The notes beneath the pieces were generated by a model that worked only from the letters and a program-made list of their open reading frames with translations, searched no databases and had not been told where the DNA came from. From Basidiobolus meristosporus CBS 931.73 (taxonomy: Eukaryota > Fungi > Basidiobolomycota): a stretch of 64,000 nt of DNA. Location of the stretch: positions 1 through 64,000 of the forward strand of contig MCFE01000373.1 of assembly GCA_002104905.1 (NCBI GenBank), in the 5' to 3' direction. Below, one piece after another: positions 36,216 to 49,590 of this stretch. The translations under genes were made by a program, and so were the position numbers. Within the stretch, counting starts at the first letter, position 1; every line of letters begins with the position of its first letter.

Positions 36216-39200
36216 ATATGTTCCCTTGATGAGAAGATGATGTTCTTAGATTTGCTGGGCACCGGTTGGGTAGAGTACTTTCATGGAATGGTTCTAGGAG
36301 GGATACATGGAATGTATCATGAATTTTCATACTTGGTGGCAACTGAAGTTGGTACACAATTGCACTAAGTTTCTTCTTGATCTTGAATGGACCTAGTTTC
36401 TTGTAGTCTAATTTGTCACAAGGGCAGCTGGTAGCAATGTTTCTGCTCAAGAGCCATACTAAGTCTCCTTCATCAAGCTTGGGGCTAGGCTGCTGTTTGT
36501 TGTCTGCAAACTTCTTGTACCCCTCATGGGCTAAGGATAGTTCTTGCTTGAGTGTTTCTTGGATTTCTAGAATAATTGACACATGTTCAGCTGCTGGGGG
36601 GCTCATAGGGTTGGTTAGGATCTGAATATCAAATTGCAGATGAAAACCATAATTTGCATAGAATGGGGTGAGACCTGTTGCATGAAGTGCTTCCAGAATC
36701 TTGATATGAACTGGGGCCATCTATCTGATACAACATCACTGGAGATACCATGGAGTTGGAAAATATTCTTGATCACTAAGTGGGTAGTCTCCTTAGCATC
36801 TATGTTCTTTGAGCAGGGAATGAAGTGAGCCAACTTGGTGAGCCAATCTGCCATTACTAGGATTGAATTGAATTTGTTGAATTCTGGGAGGTTGGTAATG
36901 AAGTCCATTGAAATTGACTTCCAATGCTGGTTGGGGATTGGCAAGGGTTGGAGTAGTCCATATGGCTAGGGTCTAGCAGATTTTACATGGTTACATATAT
37001 CACAGGATTGGAGGTACTCCTTGACAAGAGATATCATCTTGATTATTGTGGCTATGGAACTGGTGGCTTGGCTGGCCTTGACTTTCTCAAGGAGTGAGGG
37101 AGCAATAATGCTGGACAACTGGGTGGCAAGGAGCTCAAAGTGTCTTCTGTTGAGTACCAGGTGTTTCATTTGCTGACAGGCATCATCCCCTTCTTCAAGG
37201 GAATACTCCACCTTTCTGGACAGGGCATCAGGCTTTCCCCGTTTTATTCCTGGTCTATAGGTGATGACAAAGTCAAGGCTGGACAGGACAAGGGACCATC
37301 TGGCTTGTCTACGGTTTAGTACTTTTGAGGAGGTAGAGTACTCAAGCTTCTTGTTGTCACAGAAGATCTTATCTTTTGGGCTGCACCATCAAGGTAGGAC
37401 ATCCATTGTTCAAAGGCAACAATGACTGCAAGTAGTTCCTTATCATAGATATTGTAGTTTACTTCAGCTGGAGTAAATTTCTGGGAGTAGAATGCAATAG
37501 GGTGTAGAACATTCTTGTCATTGTACTGGGAACAGATTGCACCAAGTGCAAAGTCAGAGGCATCAGTTTCAGTGATGAAAGGTTTCTCAAGATCAGGGTG
37601 AGCAAGCAGGAGAGCCTATAGGAAGGATTTCTTGATGGAATTAAAGTGCTTGAGCTGTTCCTCATTCCTGGCAAAGGGCAGATTCTTCTGGGTGAGCTTT
37701 GTCAAGGGAGTGACTATCTTGGAGTAGTGGGCAATAAATCTACAATAGAAGCTGGCAGATCCAAGGAAGGACTGCACTTCTTTTACATAATAGGGAGTTT
37801 TCCACAACTGGATGGCTTCTACTTTCTTGGGGTCCATTCTTGTTCCATCTGAGCTGATAAGATAACCTAAGAGCTCAACTTCTTTTGGGTCAAACTCACA
37901 TTTCTCCAATTTGGCATAGTGACCAGCAGTGTCAAGTTTGGTCAAGACTTTCTTGACATGGGAATTCTGTTCTTCTTGTGTCTTAGAGTAGATCAAGATG
38001 TCATCAAGATAGATAACCACAAATTGGTCAAGGAATTCACAGAAGATGTCATTCATCAGGTGTTGAAAGACCGCTGGTGCATTGGTGAGACCAAATGCCA
38101 TAACTTTATACACAAAATGACCATATCTTGTCCTGAATGCAGTTTTGCATTCATCACCAGGCTTGATCCTGACAAGGTTATATACTCCTCTGAGGTCAAT
38201 CTTAGTAAATACTTTGGCAGCAGAGAGTCGATCCAGCAGGGTGTTGATCAGGGGTAAATGGTACTGGTTCTTGATTGTTATCTTATTCAGTGCATGGTAG
38301 TCTACACACATTCTTAGGGTACCATTCTTTTTTTTGACAAAGAGGATTGGGGCACCAGCTGGGGACTTAGAGTGCTGAATAAAACCTTTCTGGTGGTTTT
38401 CTTGAATATAGCCATGGAGTTCTTTCAAATCAGATTGCAAGAGGTTGTAAATAGGACCAAAAGGTGGGGTTCTTCCTACTTCAAGGTCAATGGGACAATC
38501 ATAGCATCTATGGGCTAGGAGTAGTTTGGCTTTCTTCTTGTCAAAGACATGGGCAAACTCTTGATATTTGGCAGGTATTCCATTGGAGGGGGTTCCTTCA
38601 GTGATGATGGGCTCCTGTATCTGGGATAGCTTAGGAAAGGATACTCCTTTACCTGAAAAATGAGGTGGTTTCATGGAGTTGACATGGTGGATTCTGGGGA
38701 ATGTCAGGATTTTGGTCTTCCAGTTATAGCTGGGTTTTGGTTACTAAGCCATGAGCTTCCAGGGACTACGGAGTAATGGGGAGTGTTGATGATGCCTGGA
38801 CAAATGACTGGTCAACAAAACAAGAGGAAGCACCAGAATCTATGAGGGCAAGGACACAGACAGGGCTGGATTCATGGATGTGGATGTTGACAGGTTTTCT
38901 TAAGGACTGGATGGACTTGGTAGGGAATGATATTTCTTGAATGTGCTGAATTTGCATTGGAGGGTCCAGTTGCAAGCCTGTGATTGTAACTGGACATTGG
39001 AGTTTCTCAATAATTCAGGAGAAGATTGCTCACTGGATGATTGCAGGAGCTTGAAGCTGGACCTCTTGTTAGGACAAGACTTTGCAATGTGGCCTGGCTG
39101 GCCACAGTAAAGGCACAGGTTTGCCTGCTGATGTCTAGATCCTTCTTCTTTGGTGAGTTTCTTATATTTAGCACTGTCAATTTGCATAGGATCATCAAGC

Positions 39201-39848
39201 ATGGTAATGGGTGACTGGATTACTGGAGAGGAGGTTGGCTGATAAGTATGTTGGAATTTCTGTTTCTTCTGGAAAAGACATCCACAGGTAAGTCAGAAGC
39301 AGTCTGATAGAACTGTTATGAATAGACACAAGACAGGAGGGTAGAGCTAGGCAAGACAGGACCAGGAAAGGACTTAGGTGTGGATCAACAAGGCAAGATG
39401 TATTTCCAAGGCAAGGCTGTTTATTCAAGACCTGTGTTTATCAGACTGAGGAATAAATAAGGGGGGATAGGAATATAATTACTTTTTGGCAATATGGATG
39501 CCAAGAGATATTGGCTAATTCTAATGGGGTTCTGGGGTGAGGCACAGTAAGTGTGCCAAGATAGAATATACTAAAGAACAGACCAGAATATCACATGGAG
39601 ATATGTCAGGGGTCAGCTGATCATGTAACTAGGTCATCTGACATGTAGTTACCATATATGGCATGGGACAACATAAACTCTAATGGGAAACTTCCATAGA
39701 ATGTTCCATTGTGTAACATTGACTTGGAGCATTCAAGAAGTTGCTAGAATGCAGTGGAACTCTCTAGACAGAACTGGGATTTCTTCACTGACTTGGTTTA
39801 GCTAGATGATTGGAGACCAGGAATGTCATGTGATCATGACATGTAACA
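36215..39848 (-). mobile_element. Ty3/gypsy (chromovirus-like) retrotransposon, degenerate; most of gag deleted, 3' end truncated
   Basis: Putative LTR 39314-39848 (TGTTA..TAACA); zinc knuckle CLYCGQPGHIAKSC; protease ALIDSGAS; RT 37616-38674 (RMCVDY, YLDDILIYS); RNase H (TDASDFALGA, YDKELLA); integrase (ISMDFITNLP, FHVSLLEP). Ty3 domain order. Confidence 0.92.
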
Positions 39849-39999
39849 TGTCAGAAACATGCATGACACTATCTTGGTCCACTGGTACTATCTGCCACTA
39901 AATTTAATTACTAGCCCTAAAGTAAGATCTATACAAAGCACTTATAGTGCCAGATAGTACCAATGGACCAAGATAGTGCCATGCATTTTTCTAACATGC
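39846..39999. repeat. Foldback: about 55-bp imperfect inverted arms (39846-39900 / 39945-39999) with a 44-nt spacer
   Basis: CACTATCTTGGTCCACTGGTACTATCTGCCACTA pairs with TAGTGCCAGATAGTACCAATGGACCAAGATAGTG (2 mismatches in 34 nt) and pairing extends further outward. Confidence 0.85.
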
Positions 40000-40520
40000 T
40001 ACAAGCCACAGGAGCTAGATTCAGAGTGCCATGGTTATTGAGTAGCTGATGCATGTACTCAGCTCTTCTGTGCTCCTACACATTGTGCACAACATTGACC
40101 TATAAAAAAAGGTCAAAAAATGGATTTTCTCCAACACAATGGGTGTAACACAGAGGTGGCTTTGCATGAAGATGCAGAGCTATGTTTCACACTCTCTGTC
40201 CAAGTATAGGTCCACTTGGCCTCCCTGATGCACTATGACATCATTTGGCACTCATGGCTCAATGTGGCACCGTCCAATGGAACAACTCTAATATAGTGCC
40301 AGATAGTGCCATGCACCTTTGTGGCATATTACAAGCTGCAAAAGCTAGATGCCTAGTGCCATGGGTATTGAGTACCAGATGCATGTCTTCAGTCCTTCTG
40401 TCCTCTTACACATCATGAAAAATATTGATCCCAAAAATAAGGTCAAAAAATGGACTTGCTCCCACATGATGGGTGAAGCACAAGGGCTGCTTTGCATGCA
40501 GCAGCAGAACTATGTTTCTA
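39945..40520 (+). repeat. Two diverged direct repeats of roughly 330 bp carrying recurrent TAGTGCCA motifs
   Basis: GCTAGA..AGTGCCATGG.TATTGAGTA..GATGCATGT and AAGGTCAAAAAATGGA..GCTTTGCATG..GCAGA.CTATGTTTC each occur twice about 330 bp apart. Confidence 0.75.
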
Positions 40521-40536
40521 CAATCGTATGATGGGA

Positions 40537-43180
40537 TCATGACGGTGATTTGCTAATTTTACAACCAAATAAAGGTATAAAACTTGACAAGATTTTATTG
40601 GTGGTGTGACAATATTTGCATGGTATTGCTGGGGTCATTTGGTGCTCTGTAACTATTTTAAGTGGATCCAGTTGGCCAGGACTTCCAATTGCCTTATATG
40701 GCAAGAAACTTGACGGTATTATGATGGCTTCACAGCAACCTCTACAAATGCGCACACCTGCCGCAATTGACATGCTTCTACCACCTCAACTTTATAGCTT
40801 TTTAGTGTGATACTTGCAAAGCTGCCATATACCTTGTACTGCTGATAACATATACATCTTGCAAGCATATGCTTGGTTATTGCCACTTATGCCATGAATA
40901 CCTCCTGAATATCCGCAAAGAACTTCTTGGTATTTTGCCAATATATTCCTTCTACCTGCTGGATTCTAGTTCCCTTTATAGGTGTGCTTGGGCCTTTGTT
41001 TTTGTGAGTTCCATATTGAATGGTGTAGAAATTGGCTTGTGACCATGAAAAATCTGGCATACCTAGGTCAAGTTTTCCCAATAAAAATTAGTTGCTTGTT
41101 CCACCCAACCTAACTTTGTACTATTTAACTGATTACCACACATTGAGGCTTCTTAGCTTCTTAATACTGTAGGCATAGGTGTCTCCATGTGCACACTTGT
41201 CCTCAGTATTGTCCAACTCTTTTTGGCTGTCCTCCATGTGCCAACTCATCACATCCATGACAGACACAAAGGTAACATTCTTGATGAGATTGGGGCATGG
41301 TAATACCTGCAACTTGACTGGTCTTCATATATCCCTGTTGTGCATCAACATTTAAAACTTAGCCTACTTCACTCTGTTAGAAAATCTAGTACCCTAACTG
41401 ATTTTCCCTAACCCAGACATAACTAATCTGTGTTATGGTTTATTTTTTCACTTCTCAGAATCTATTTTTAGCTGTTAACCTGATCAATTTTCAAGTGGTC
41501 ATTACTTCCTGAACTCATCTGCTAAGCCTTTCCAAAGGATTAGTCATCTGGGATCCATCCAGCCACTTAGTAGTTGCCAAGACATCAGCTGATTAATGAT
41601 GCAATTTTTCATTTATCTTATGCGCTTATGTAATAATACATACTTTTACACAACAGCATTTACTGTTATCCTGCCAGAAAGCATACAAAACTCATCCAGC
41701 AATAGGTACAAGTAGCTATCCAGGTTGGACGGTGATTTAGGCCCAGATACCAATGAGACTACTATCAGATTATTGCTCTGATACCGTAAGATGGGAGGTA
41801 GATTCAGGTTGATGAGAATCAGTGGCCAGCAGGATTTGCTGGTAGAGTACTTGTTTAATGAGAATCCATGGAGTGCTAAAGCAAAGGCATGGTCATACAT
41901 ACCTTCAAAGTAGCCCTTGCTTCTTAGCTGTTTGTAATGTTTGCCATCAAATATAATGGATGTGTTTGTGCTTGATTGATACTGAGTGTGGTACTCCATA
42001 GCTTTGCAATATATTTTTCACTGCTTCAGCTTCCTCAGTTGTGGCATGACCAAAATATATCCTGAGTGTGAACAATGTTTTCCCTCAATTGTGGTGGATT
42101 CCTGACAATTTGGACATGTTGCAATGGTAGCATTTCCAGATGTGAATGCCATGCAACTGTTAACACATGCTGGAATCAGGATAGTCTCTGGCTCATATGT
42201 TGCCAGTTGCGTGACAGTTGTCCTCTTGTACCATATACATGGTAAGTTGCATTCTGGTATGATTTTGGCAAGAAGTAGTAATAAATCCTTAAAGCCCCCA
42301 TTACTGATATTAGTGGAGATGTGCCACTTCTCTAGCCACAACATTATATCATTCTCCAGTAGATGAATTACTGGGCTCACTTGGCTCCATAAAGCATCCT
42401 TTGCATTTGCTTAAATGGGTGTTGTCTCATTGCATATAGGGATTTGACTGGGCTCATATGTGGTACTGTTGTTAGTGGAGATAGGCTCACAATTAATCAG
42501 TGAACCTTCTTTGTCAGAGCCATCACTCTGTGTGCCATATTCAGAAGGTGGAGGTGAGCCTAAAGCTGTCACAAACTCACTGGACTCAGTTTGTGCAAGT
42601 TGACAAAGATGGCCAGGTGCCAATATAAAAGTATCAACTGGCTGTCAAGATAATGCTGGTACAGTAGTTACCAATGAATGGTCAAATATGACTTAGGTGG
42701 CAAAACACTGGCTATGATCCTTGTAATACTCCTATGCTGTTTGCATGTTTCATGGCTGAGTGGCTTGTCACAATAGCCACATGGTCTTTTTTCTCTTCTC
42801 TTACGGTGTTGAGTCAAAGTAGTCTTGTCCATGGGGCAAACAGTTTGACCTTCAACAACGTAATGCTATTATATCACTTTTTGGTCAATACTCATGTGAA
42901 CTTAAGTCAGTCTTGTATTTGAGACATTGCACCTACATGAATGTAAAATTCAATGATGATCCGTTTATTGTGCAGGATGAATCTGGCACTCTACAGCACT
43001 ATCTGGCAATCTAATTTCTATTTTAATGCCAGTGGTAGGATGCGGTTACTGGTATTTTTACTCAATTTTAATTATGTTGCTCACAACAGTGCTTTTCTTG
43101 CTTTATTTACTCTAGAGAGCTCTCTAGGGACATTCCTCTTGGTGCATACCTTCTTTTATGGATATACTGTGCATTAATAA
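40537..43180 (-). mobile_element. CACTA (EnSpm, Transposase_21/tnp2-like) DNA transposon relic with internal deletion
   Basis: ACVNSCMAF..CPNCQE (42018-42380); ALALHGFS..SCWPLILINLNLPPILRY..VSGPKSPSNLDSYL (41646-41999); C-terminal remnant 40887-41350. Terminal CACTA TIRs not identified. Confidence 0.85.
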
Positions 43181-43189
43181 GTATCTTAG

Positions 43190-45202
43190 CTACTTTGCCT
43201 AATATGAGATTTTCTCCTATATATGACCTTCCACTTTATTTACTTGCCAATATGCTTAATCTCTTTAGATATCCAAATGTACACTGTAGTGGTGTATAGG
43301 TCCAAGGGAGAGATATGCCCAACACTTCTCAGGTGTTTTGTGTGTGGGGTGTTCACTGGGTGCAATAACCTCTGGCAAAAGCTTGCTAGGAATACTTGGG
43401 TTCTGTCTCTAATATCATGTGAAAGGGAATAAAGCCACAAGCTTGTCAAGGGAAAGCTATTGAGCTACAATCCCCAACTTGGTTGGCATCTTAACAAAAG
43501 TATGTGCTGGGTTCAGCGTCCTTTGAGATGACAATCTACTAAAGCTTCCAAAGTCAAAACAACTGTAAACTCAACCAGCAGGGACTTGATAAGAATGCAG
43601 CTGCGGTCAATAGATACAAAGACAGAAAAGTATTTTTGCCTGGACAACAACAAACTTGGGAAAGAGTCAAATATAATAAAAGAAACCTACTCTGAGTATT
43701 CCTCACAAGTAGTGCCTCCAAGGTCAGTTGGCTGTCAGCATGGTTTCCTGGGAGTGTCCTGTGGTCTGGGGTTGGAAGTTCAAGTAGCAGCAGGTAGCAG
43801 TGATCACACTAATCAACAAGTTGGTATATTGATAAAAGGGATGATGATTTATTGTTGAGGGATAGCCTCCCTTATATACTTTTCTTACTGGCTAAGTGAT
43901 TACTAATCATGATGTTCCAGAAGGTTCCAGATATGAATAGAAATCTAAATGACATCATAATGACCTAAGAATGTTCTAAGTAGGTGCTGGAAGGTTCTAA
44001 GAGGCACAGCACATCCAACCAATCAGGAATCAGTACTCTGAAACCTGTGTAACATAGGGATACCATATATGGAATGGAAATGGTAGGGATGGTGATGTGG
44101 GTTGATCAAGTGTCATGGGTACTAGTGTGGGTACTTGCCTAATATAGAAGCACTTATAGCTAGTAATCTTACATAAAGTGAGGGATAACTTATGCAATAA
44201 GGTAAGCAGATGTGATAGTCAACCAGCTTATGGGATAGTACTGATCAGGTAAGACAAATGGGATAAAACTAAAATAAGTGTAGTAGAGATATAGGGAAGT
44301 AGAAAATATGGGAATGAGCACATCTGTCAGTGAGTTTCACTGTCACCCCACTGCAACACTCTACTCTCATTCTGAAATGATCAAATATCTCATTGTAGTG
44401 CTTCAGCTTCCTGCTGAGCACACAATTCCTAGGCTTCCTATGAGCCATGATACATCCTAATCTCTGACAATCCTCTCCTATATAGGCTAAGTCTGCCATA
44501 CATTTCTCCCCTCTACAGAATTCAGGATAACTCCCTACACAGAGTGCTTTGTCATGCCTACTTCCAGCAAATGATCCACTAAGCCAGATGATGTTATCCT
44601 CAATGTCAGACAGTGCTTGGGGCTACACACAATGTGCCTTGTACTTGCCAGAGTAAATGTGCCTCTGCCTGCTACAAGGTCTGTTAATCCTGACTGGGAA
44701 CTGTACAAAATGCTCCTGATATGGAACCTGTTGCTGAATACTCTGCAATACGGAAGTCTATTGGAGGTTCTGATCCTAGTATTCCAAGCTTGCTCTAAGT
44801 CATTCAGACCCTCATATTTATATGGATATATTTACCCTACCTCAGCAATCAGAATATGTTAATTAACTTGCCATGCACTACAATTACACCTCCATCAATT
44901 GCCATTTATCCCGTCTTTATATAGCAAAAATCATCTGCAAGCAATGACTTTGAGATTTTATTGATGATTTACTCTCAAGTCTATAATCAAATGGGAAATC
45001 TACAATGATGTGATCAAATCCATGCCAATGAGTTCTAAGTTGCATCATGCATAATATATGGAAAATTCAACAATTACATCAGTTTTCATACATATTTTAT
45101 AAAAGACCAGGCTGATGCCAATATACTACTGCATAAGTATCCAAATCTATCACTATGAGCCCTATATTGCAGCTCAACTCCTCTGTAGTAGGGCCTGGAC
45201 AA
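43190..45202 (-). mobile_element. PIF/Harbinger-superfamily (DDE_Tnp_4-like) transposase relic, split by a solo LTR
   Basis: Manual minus-strand translation: RINRP..YSGKYKAHC..Q..FAGSRHD..GEKCMADLAYIG..KPRN..YNEIF..RVE, then the LTR, then TFGYLKRLSIL. Removing the LTR and one TSD copy restores RVECTFGYLKR. Outer boundaries approximate. Confidence 0.8.
43285..44355 (-). mobile_element. Solo LTR (1071 bp), diverged relative of the 53655-57271 element's LTR
   Basis: Inverted termini TGTAGTGG..CCACTGCA; perfect 4-bp TSD ACAC (43281-43284 / 44356-44359); reverse-strand homology to the 804-bp LTR (AATCAGGAATCAGTA, GGGTACTTGCC, GGGTGCAATAACCTCTG). Confidence 0.88.
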
Positions 45203-45548
45203 TGTTGCAAGAGTTTTGATGATTTAGGAAGTGATTGGGAGAACAAGTAGATTATTTGGTTTTCACTCAATGACTTATTCAATATAAAAGTGGTTTTATA
45301 CTTTTACATGGTCTTGACATAACAAACACATAGAATAAGTTACAAATGGTCCCAAGAGCATGTGTGCAAAGCTTGGGGCTGTTTGAATAGCTTTGAAGAT
45401 TTTCATGTTCTATGAACCTGGTATTTTGGTAAACTATTCTAAGTAAGTCCCAACAAGGAATTTGGTCAGTATTCTCTGGGATTGGAAGGTAATGATCTAA
45501 GTGACTAAGTTAAGTGAATATTTAGGTGGATTTACAAGCTTTACAACA
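45203..45548 (-). mobile_element. Solo LTR of the Ty5/copia-like family (346 bp)
   Basis: Full-length reverse-complement homolog of LTR 31737-32083; TG..CA ends; flanks GACAA / TACAA (5-bp TSD with one mismatch). Confidence 0.85.
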
Positions 45549-47289
45549 TACAAAATCCATCCCCCAGCTCACTAGTGCAGTCTGGACCAGATAAGGTGAT
45601 GTTGGCTATGTTTAAGTTCTTGCCAAATGATTTTAGTATGGCACAAGTGTCTACAATGAGCCTTCATACAGATATTTGGCCACAACTCATCAATCACGCA
45701 GAGCTGGATACCTCACAGTGTTGAATAAGATGGAAGAATAGGAGTCCAGAGCTGTGGCATGTGTTCTACATCAATATGCCAGTAGATGTATATAAGGAGA
45801 TATATAACAACACAAGTATTGATGACAAGAATGAGCTGCAAGTGAGGGGACTTGACAAGGAAGCCAGATACAAACAATTCCACACGCAATTTGCACAGTA
45901 TAGGAAAGACACATCTGTTTGTGGCTCAACTTTGGGAAACAAAGTGATTGTGAATGATTTTTGCCTCAAATGACTAATGTACTACAGGATATTAGTAGAG
46001 CTAAGTGGCTTCTGGGAAAATATGCCCAGGGCTCATCAAGGCAACAATTCCAAAGTATCAGGCAGAGAATAAAGGAACACCTTGAGGAACCAGAAGGTAA
46101 GCTTCAAGAGGACCAACAGAGGCTGCAAGCAACTGTGTTTAGATTGTACCAGCATGCCTTACTTGACTCCTTACCATCCCCTGCAATGCTGGTGCACTGG
46201 CACATATCAGTCCAATCTATACCAATACCCAAAACAAAAGCGCCTCTTATCAAGTCAACATGAGCCAGATCAGCATCTGCACTTCAGAGCAAAACTACCA
46301 GAGCTTGCCAAGCTGCTCATTTGGACACAAGCTCATTGGAGCGGGCCAAGACACATCAGCATATAGCATCACATAAAACTCAGCCAAGTGCTATGCCAAT
46401 GCATCAACTCATGTCTGTGCATGCTGTTTCACCTGACTATCAGCAAGCTTTGACTGGGGAACTAACTGACAAAGACCTGCATGAAGTGTCTCCACACCAG
46501 AGCCTATGGCAAGTAAAGATCATGTCAGTTTGTGGCACTTCAGGCTAGTGCTGATATATCATCTGGAGTAATTCAGTGCAGCCAAGCTCCAGCATGGCAC
46601 TCATCAACTAGGAGGCAAAATACTAACTACAAGTACACAGGTAGCCAAGATGATTGTCTACAAGGAGGTAGATGCAATTGCATTGAATTGTTACCATTTG
46701 TCATGATTCAAACAATGCATTTTCTTTGCAATTTATATCAAGTTGTTGGGAATTTCTCAATTTTTGATATAAGTAATATCAAAGTTGTCTTACATTTGAA
46801 ACAAAGCCCCTTCAATAAACACCCTGCCTATATATACATCATCTGTAACACTAGTGCCGTTATTTGATCTGATTGGCACCTACAGAATTGGTTGTGTACT
46901 TGCTATTACACCTTGTCCAGTCACTAAGATCAGGTATTTACTTGCTCAATGGTCAAAATGGGATATATGATGGCAAATCAGGTAGCATATGTATTGGTCA
47001 ATGACCTGTTTGGGGGCTCACAGCTTCAGAATGCTCTTGGACCTATCAATTATTGATGTACCATCTACTTGGAGTGATGGTAACCAAAAATAAAAAGTGT
47101 CAGTGTATTTCATAGTGTGATATGCTTTATTCCCATTTACATTTAAGAACCATATAGAAACCATATCCAAACACCAGATTTTACCTACCACAGTAGTGGC
47201 ATCAAATTGCGCACATGATGCAAACATTCAAAGTCAGCGTAATCATCTGTGCCAACCTCATCATGTCAGATTGTGCCATAGTGTGCCAG

Positions 47290-47940
47290 ATTGTCCCATA
47301 TAGTGCAAAATCATCCAAGCGCAATCCTGCCTACTGATAGCTACAATATTGCACTTGATTGTTCTTTACAACAGCAGATCATGCATGTGCCCCAGCACAG
47401 TGCAATGAAGCAAGTCTATTGTTCTCCATGGGTGTTATCTCATTGCACATTAGTGTTTTGCCAGGCTCATGCAGGGTACTGTTGCAAGGGGAGATAGGCT
47501 CACAATGCGTCAATGAGCCTTCTCCTTCAGAGCTATCACTCCACTGGCCATATTCAGAAGGCTTTGGTGAGCCTAAAGGTTTCACAAGCTCACCCAGCTC
47601 AGTGTGCACATGGTCAAATCTGCAGCTGGGTACTGTTATAGGTTTTAGGTGGCAAGCAAGATATGATTGGTACAACAGCACCTAATGTGGGCTAAATATG
47701 ACTCTGTGGCAAAATGCAGGCTGTGATCCTTGCAATACTTCTTAAGCTGTCTGAATCCTTTATAGCTGCAAGGCTTGTTACAATATCCACATGGTTTTGT
47801 TTCTTTACTCTTTTGGCATCTGTTAACAGTGTAACACTACCATATCACTTTTTTGTCAATATTCACATGAATTGAGTACAGTTCTTATCTGAGGCATTGC
47901 ACCTTGACAAATGTAAGATTCTAAGATGACCCACCTCAAT
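47290..47940 (-). mobile_element. CACTA relic, N-terminal transposase region
   Basis: Colinear homolog of 42411-42950 (LGSPKPSEYGQWSDSS vs LGSPPPSEYGTQSDGS). Confidence 0.7.
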
Positions 47941-48389
47941 AGACATTTTAAATAAAGCTGTGATTCCATATATATAAGCATATGTAACACTCCATCCCCT
48001 TAGGCATGACCCACTTCTATATATGTGCTGCCAACAAATAAAGCAAAGTTATCTGGTTCCCACCCCAACCTTACAGCTAATAGCAACAGAAGAACAATTG
48101 GACAACAGCCTGCCCTGACATTCAGTGCAACAAGCAGCAATGCATCCAAAAGATGCATGTCAACGGTGTGCCCACTGAGGGTAATAATGCAGACTTCTCA
48201 AATTCTCTGTCAAGTGTACATTCAAGAATCTCTGCAGAGCAGCAATCTTACCACAATGCTCAGGTAGATGTGAAGGCGGTAAGTATAGTACCCAAACCAA
48301 TGACTTTTGTAACATGACCACCACCAATATCAGTAAGTATGCTGCCATCTCACACCAAAGCATCAATAAGTTATGCTATCAAAAAAATT

Positions 48390-49590
48390 TGGTCCTGCAG
48401 GTGCATCCAATCTGAATCAGCCATCTGGATCTTGCAGTGAGGCTGTCAAAAGGCTGATGGCCAAGAACTAATGACCCCCTATTCAGTATTATAACAAGAT
48501 CATGATGGCATTTTGCTAATTTTGCTGCTAAATAGAGTCAAAAGCTTTGAAGTGTTTGAGCTGTCTTTTGAAGAGAATTGCAAGGTATAGTAAGAGACTT
48601 GATGCATTCTATATTTACCTACATGGACCCAACTGGCCAAAACATTGAATTACCTTATATGGAAAGAAGTTTAATGGTGTTCTGATGGCCTTATTGCAAA
48701 ACTTTGCCGGCACTTTAGCAGCAGTACAGTAGCCTACTGCAATTTCTGTATAAGGCTACCATAACAATTTACCAAATAGTATTTTCTTTTTTAGCTCCCC
48801 TTGGGCCTTTCATATGTTCCACTATAAAATCATCCTTCTTTCTTTGCTTACCCGCTACTACCATGGGCTTTCCACATATAGCTCAAATCCAAAAAAATAT
48901 GACATCCTGTGTACTGACCTCTGCATAAACACACACCTACTGCAATTGAAATACTTCTATCACCTCAACCTTACAGCTTTATAGTGTGATACTTGCAAAG
49001 ATGCCCTATACCTTGCATTGCAGGTGGCATTCACATTTTGCAAATGTATACCTGATTGCATCTGCTTTTGCAACCAAAACCTTCTGAATATCTGCAAAGC
49101 ACTCCTTATGCTAATTGCACTCTGGCTTTTGTTTATGAGCACTCTCTATTAAATGGTGTACCAACTGGATTGTAATCAACAGAAAACCGGCATACATTGG
49201 TAAAGTTGTCCTAATAAAATTAGTTGTTTGTTGCATCTGACTTAACTTTGCATTACTTAACTGATTACCCATGCATGGGGGCTGCTTAGCTTCTTGGTGC
49301 CAAAGACATAGGTATCTCCATGTGCAAATCTCTCCTCAAAATTTTCCAGCTCTTCCTGGCTATCCTCCATGTGCCAACTAATCATATTCATACTATACTT
49401 GAATGTTATGTTTTTGATTAGATTAGGATACAACAGTACATTCAACTTGACTTTTCTTACTATCTTCCTACAAATCTGCTTTGTAGGTAACTCCCCAAAG
49501 ATACAGCAAGCCTAGTATTTTCCACACACCAAGTAAGATGGAGTAGAGATTGAACACTGTAGTAGCAAAGATCTACCAGGTATGCATTAT
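48390..49590 (-). mobile_element. CACTA relic, C-terminal and 3' region, interrupted at about 49590 by a Ty3 element
   Basis: Colinear with 62280-63480 and with 40537-41350. Confidence 0.7.
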
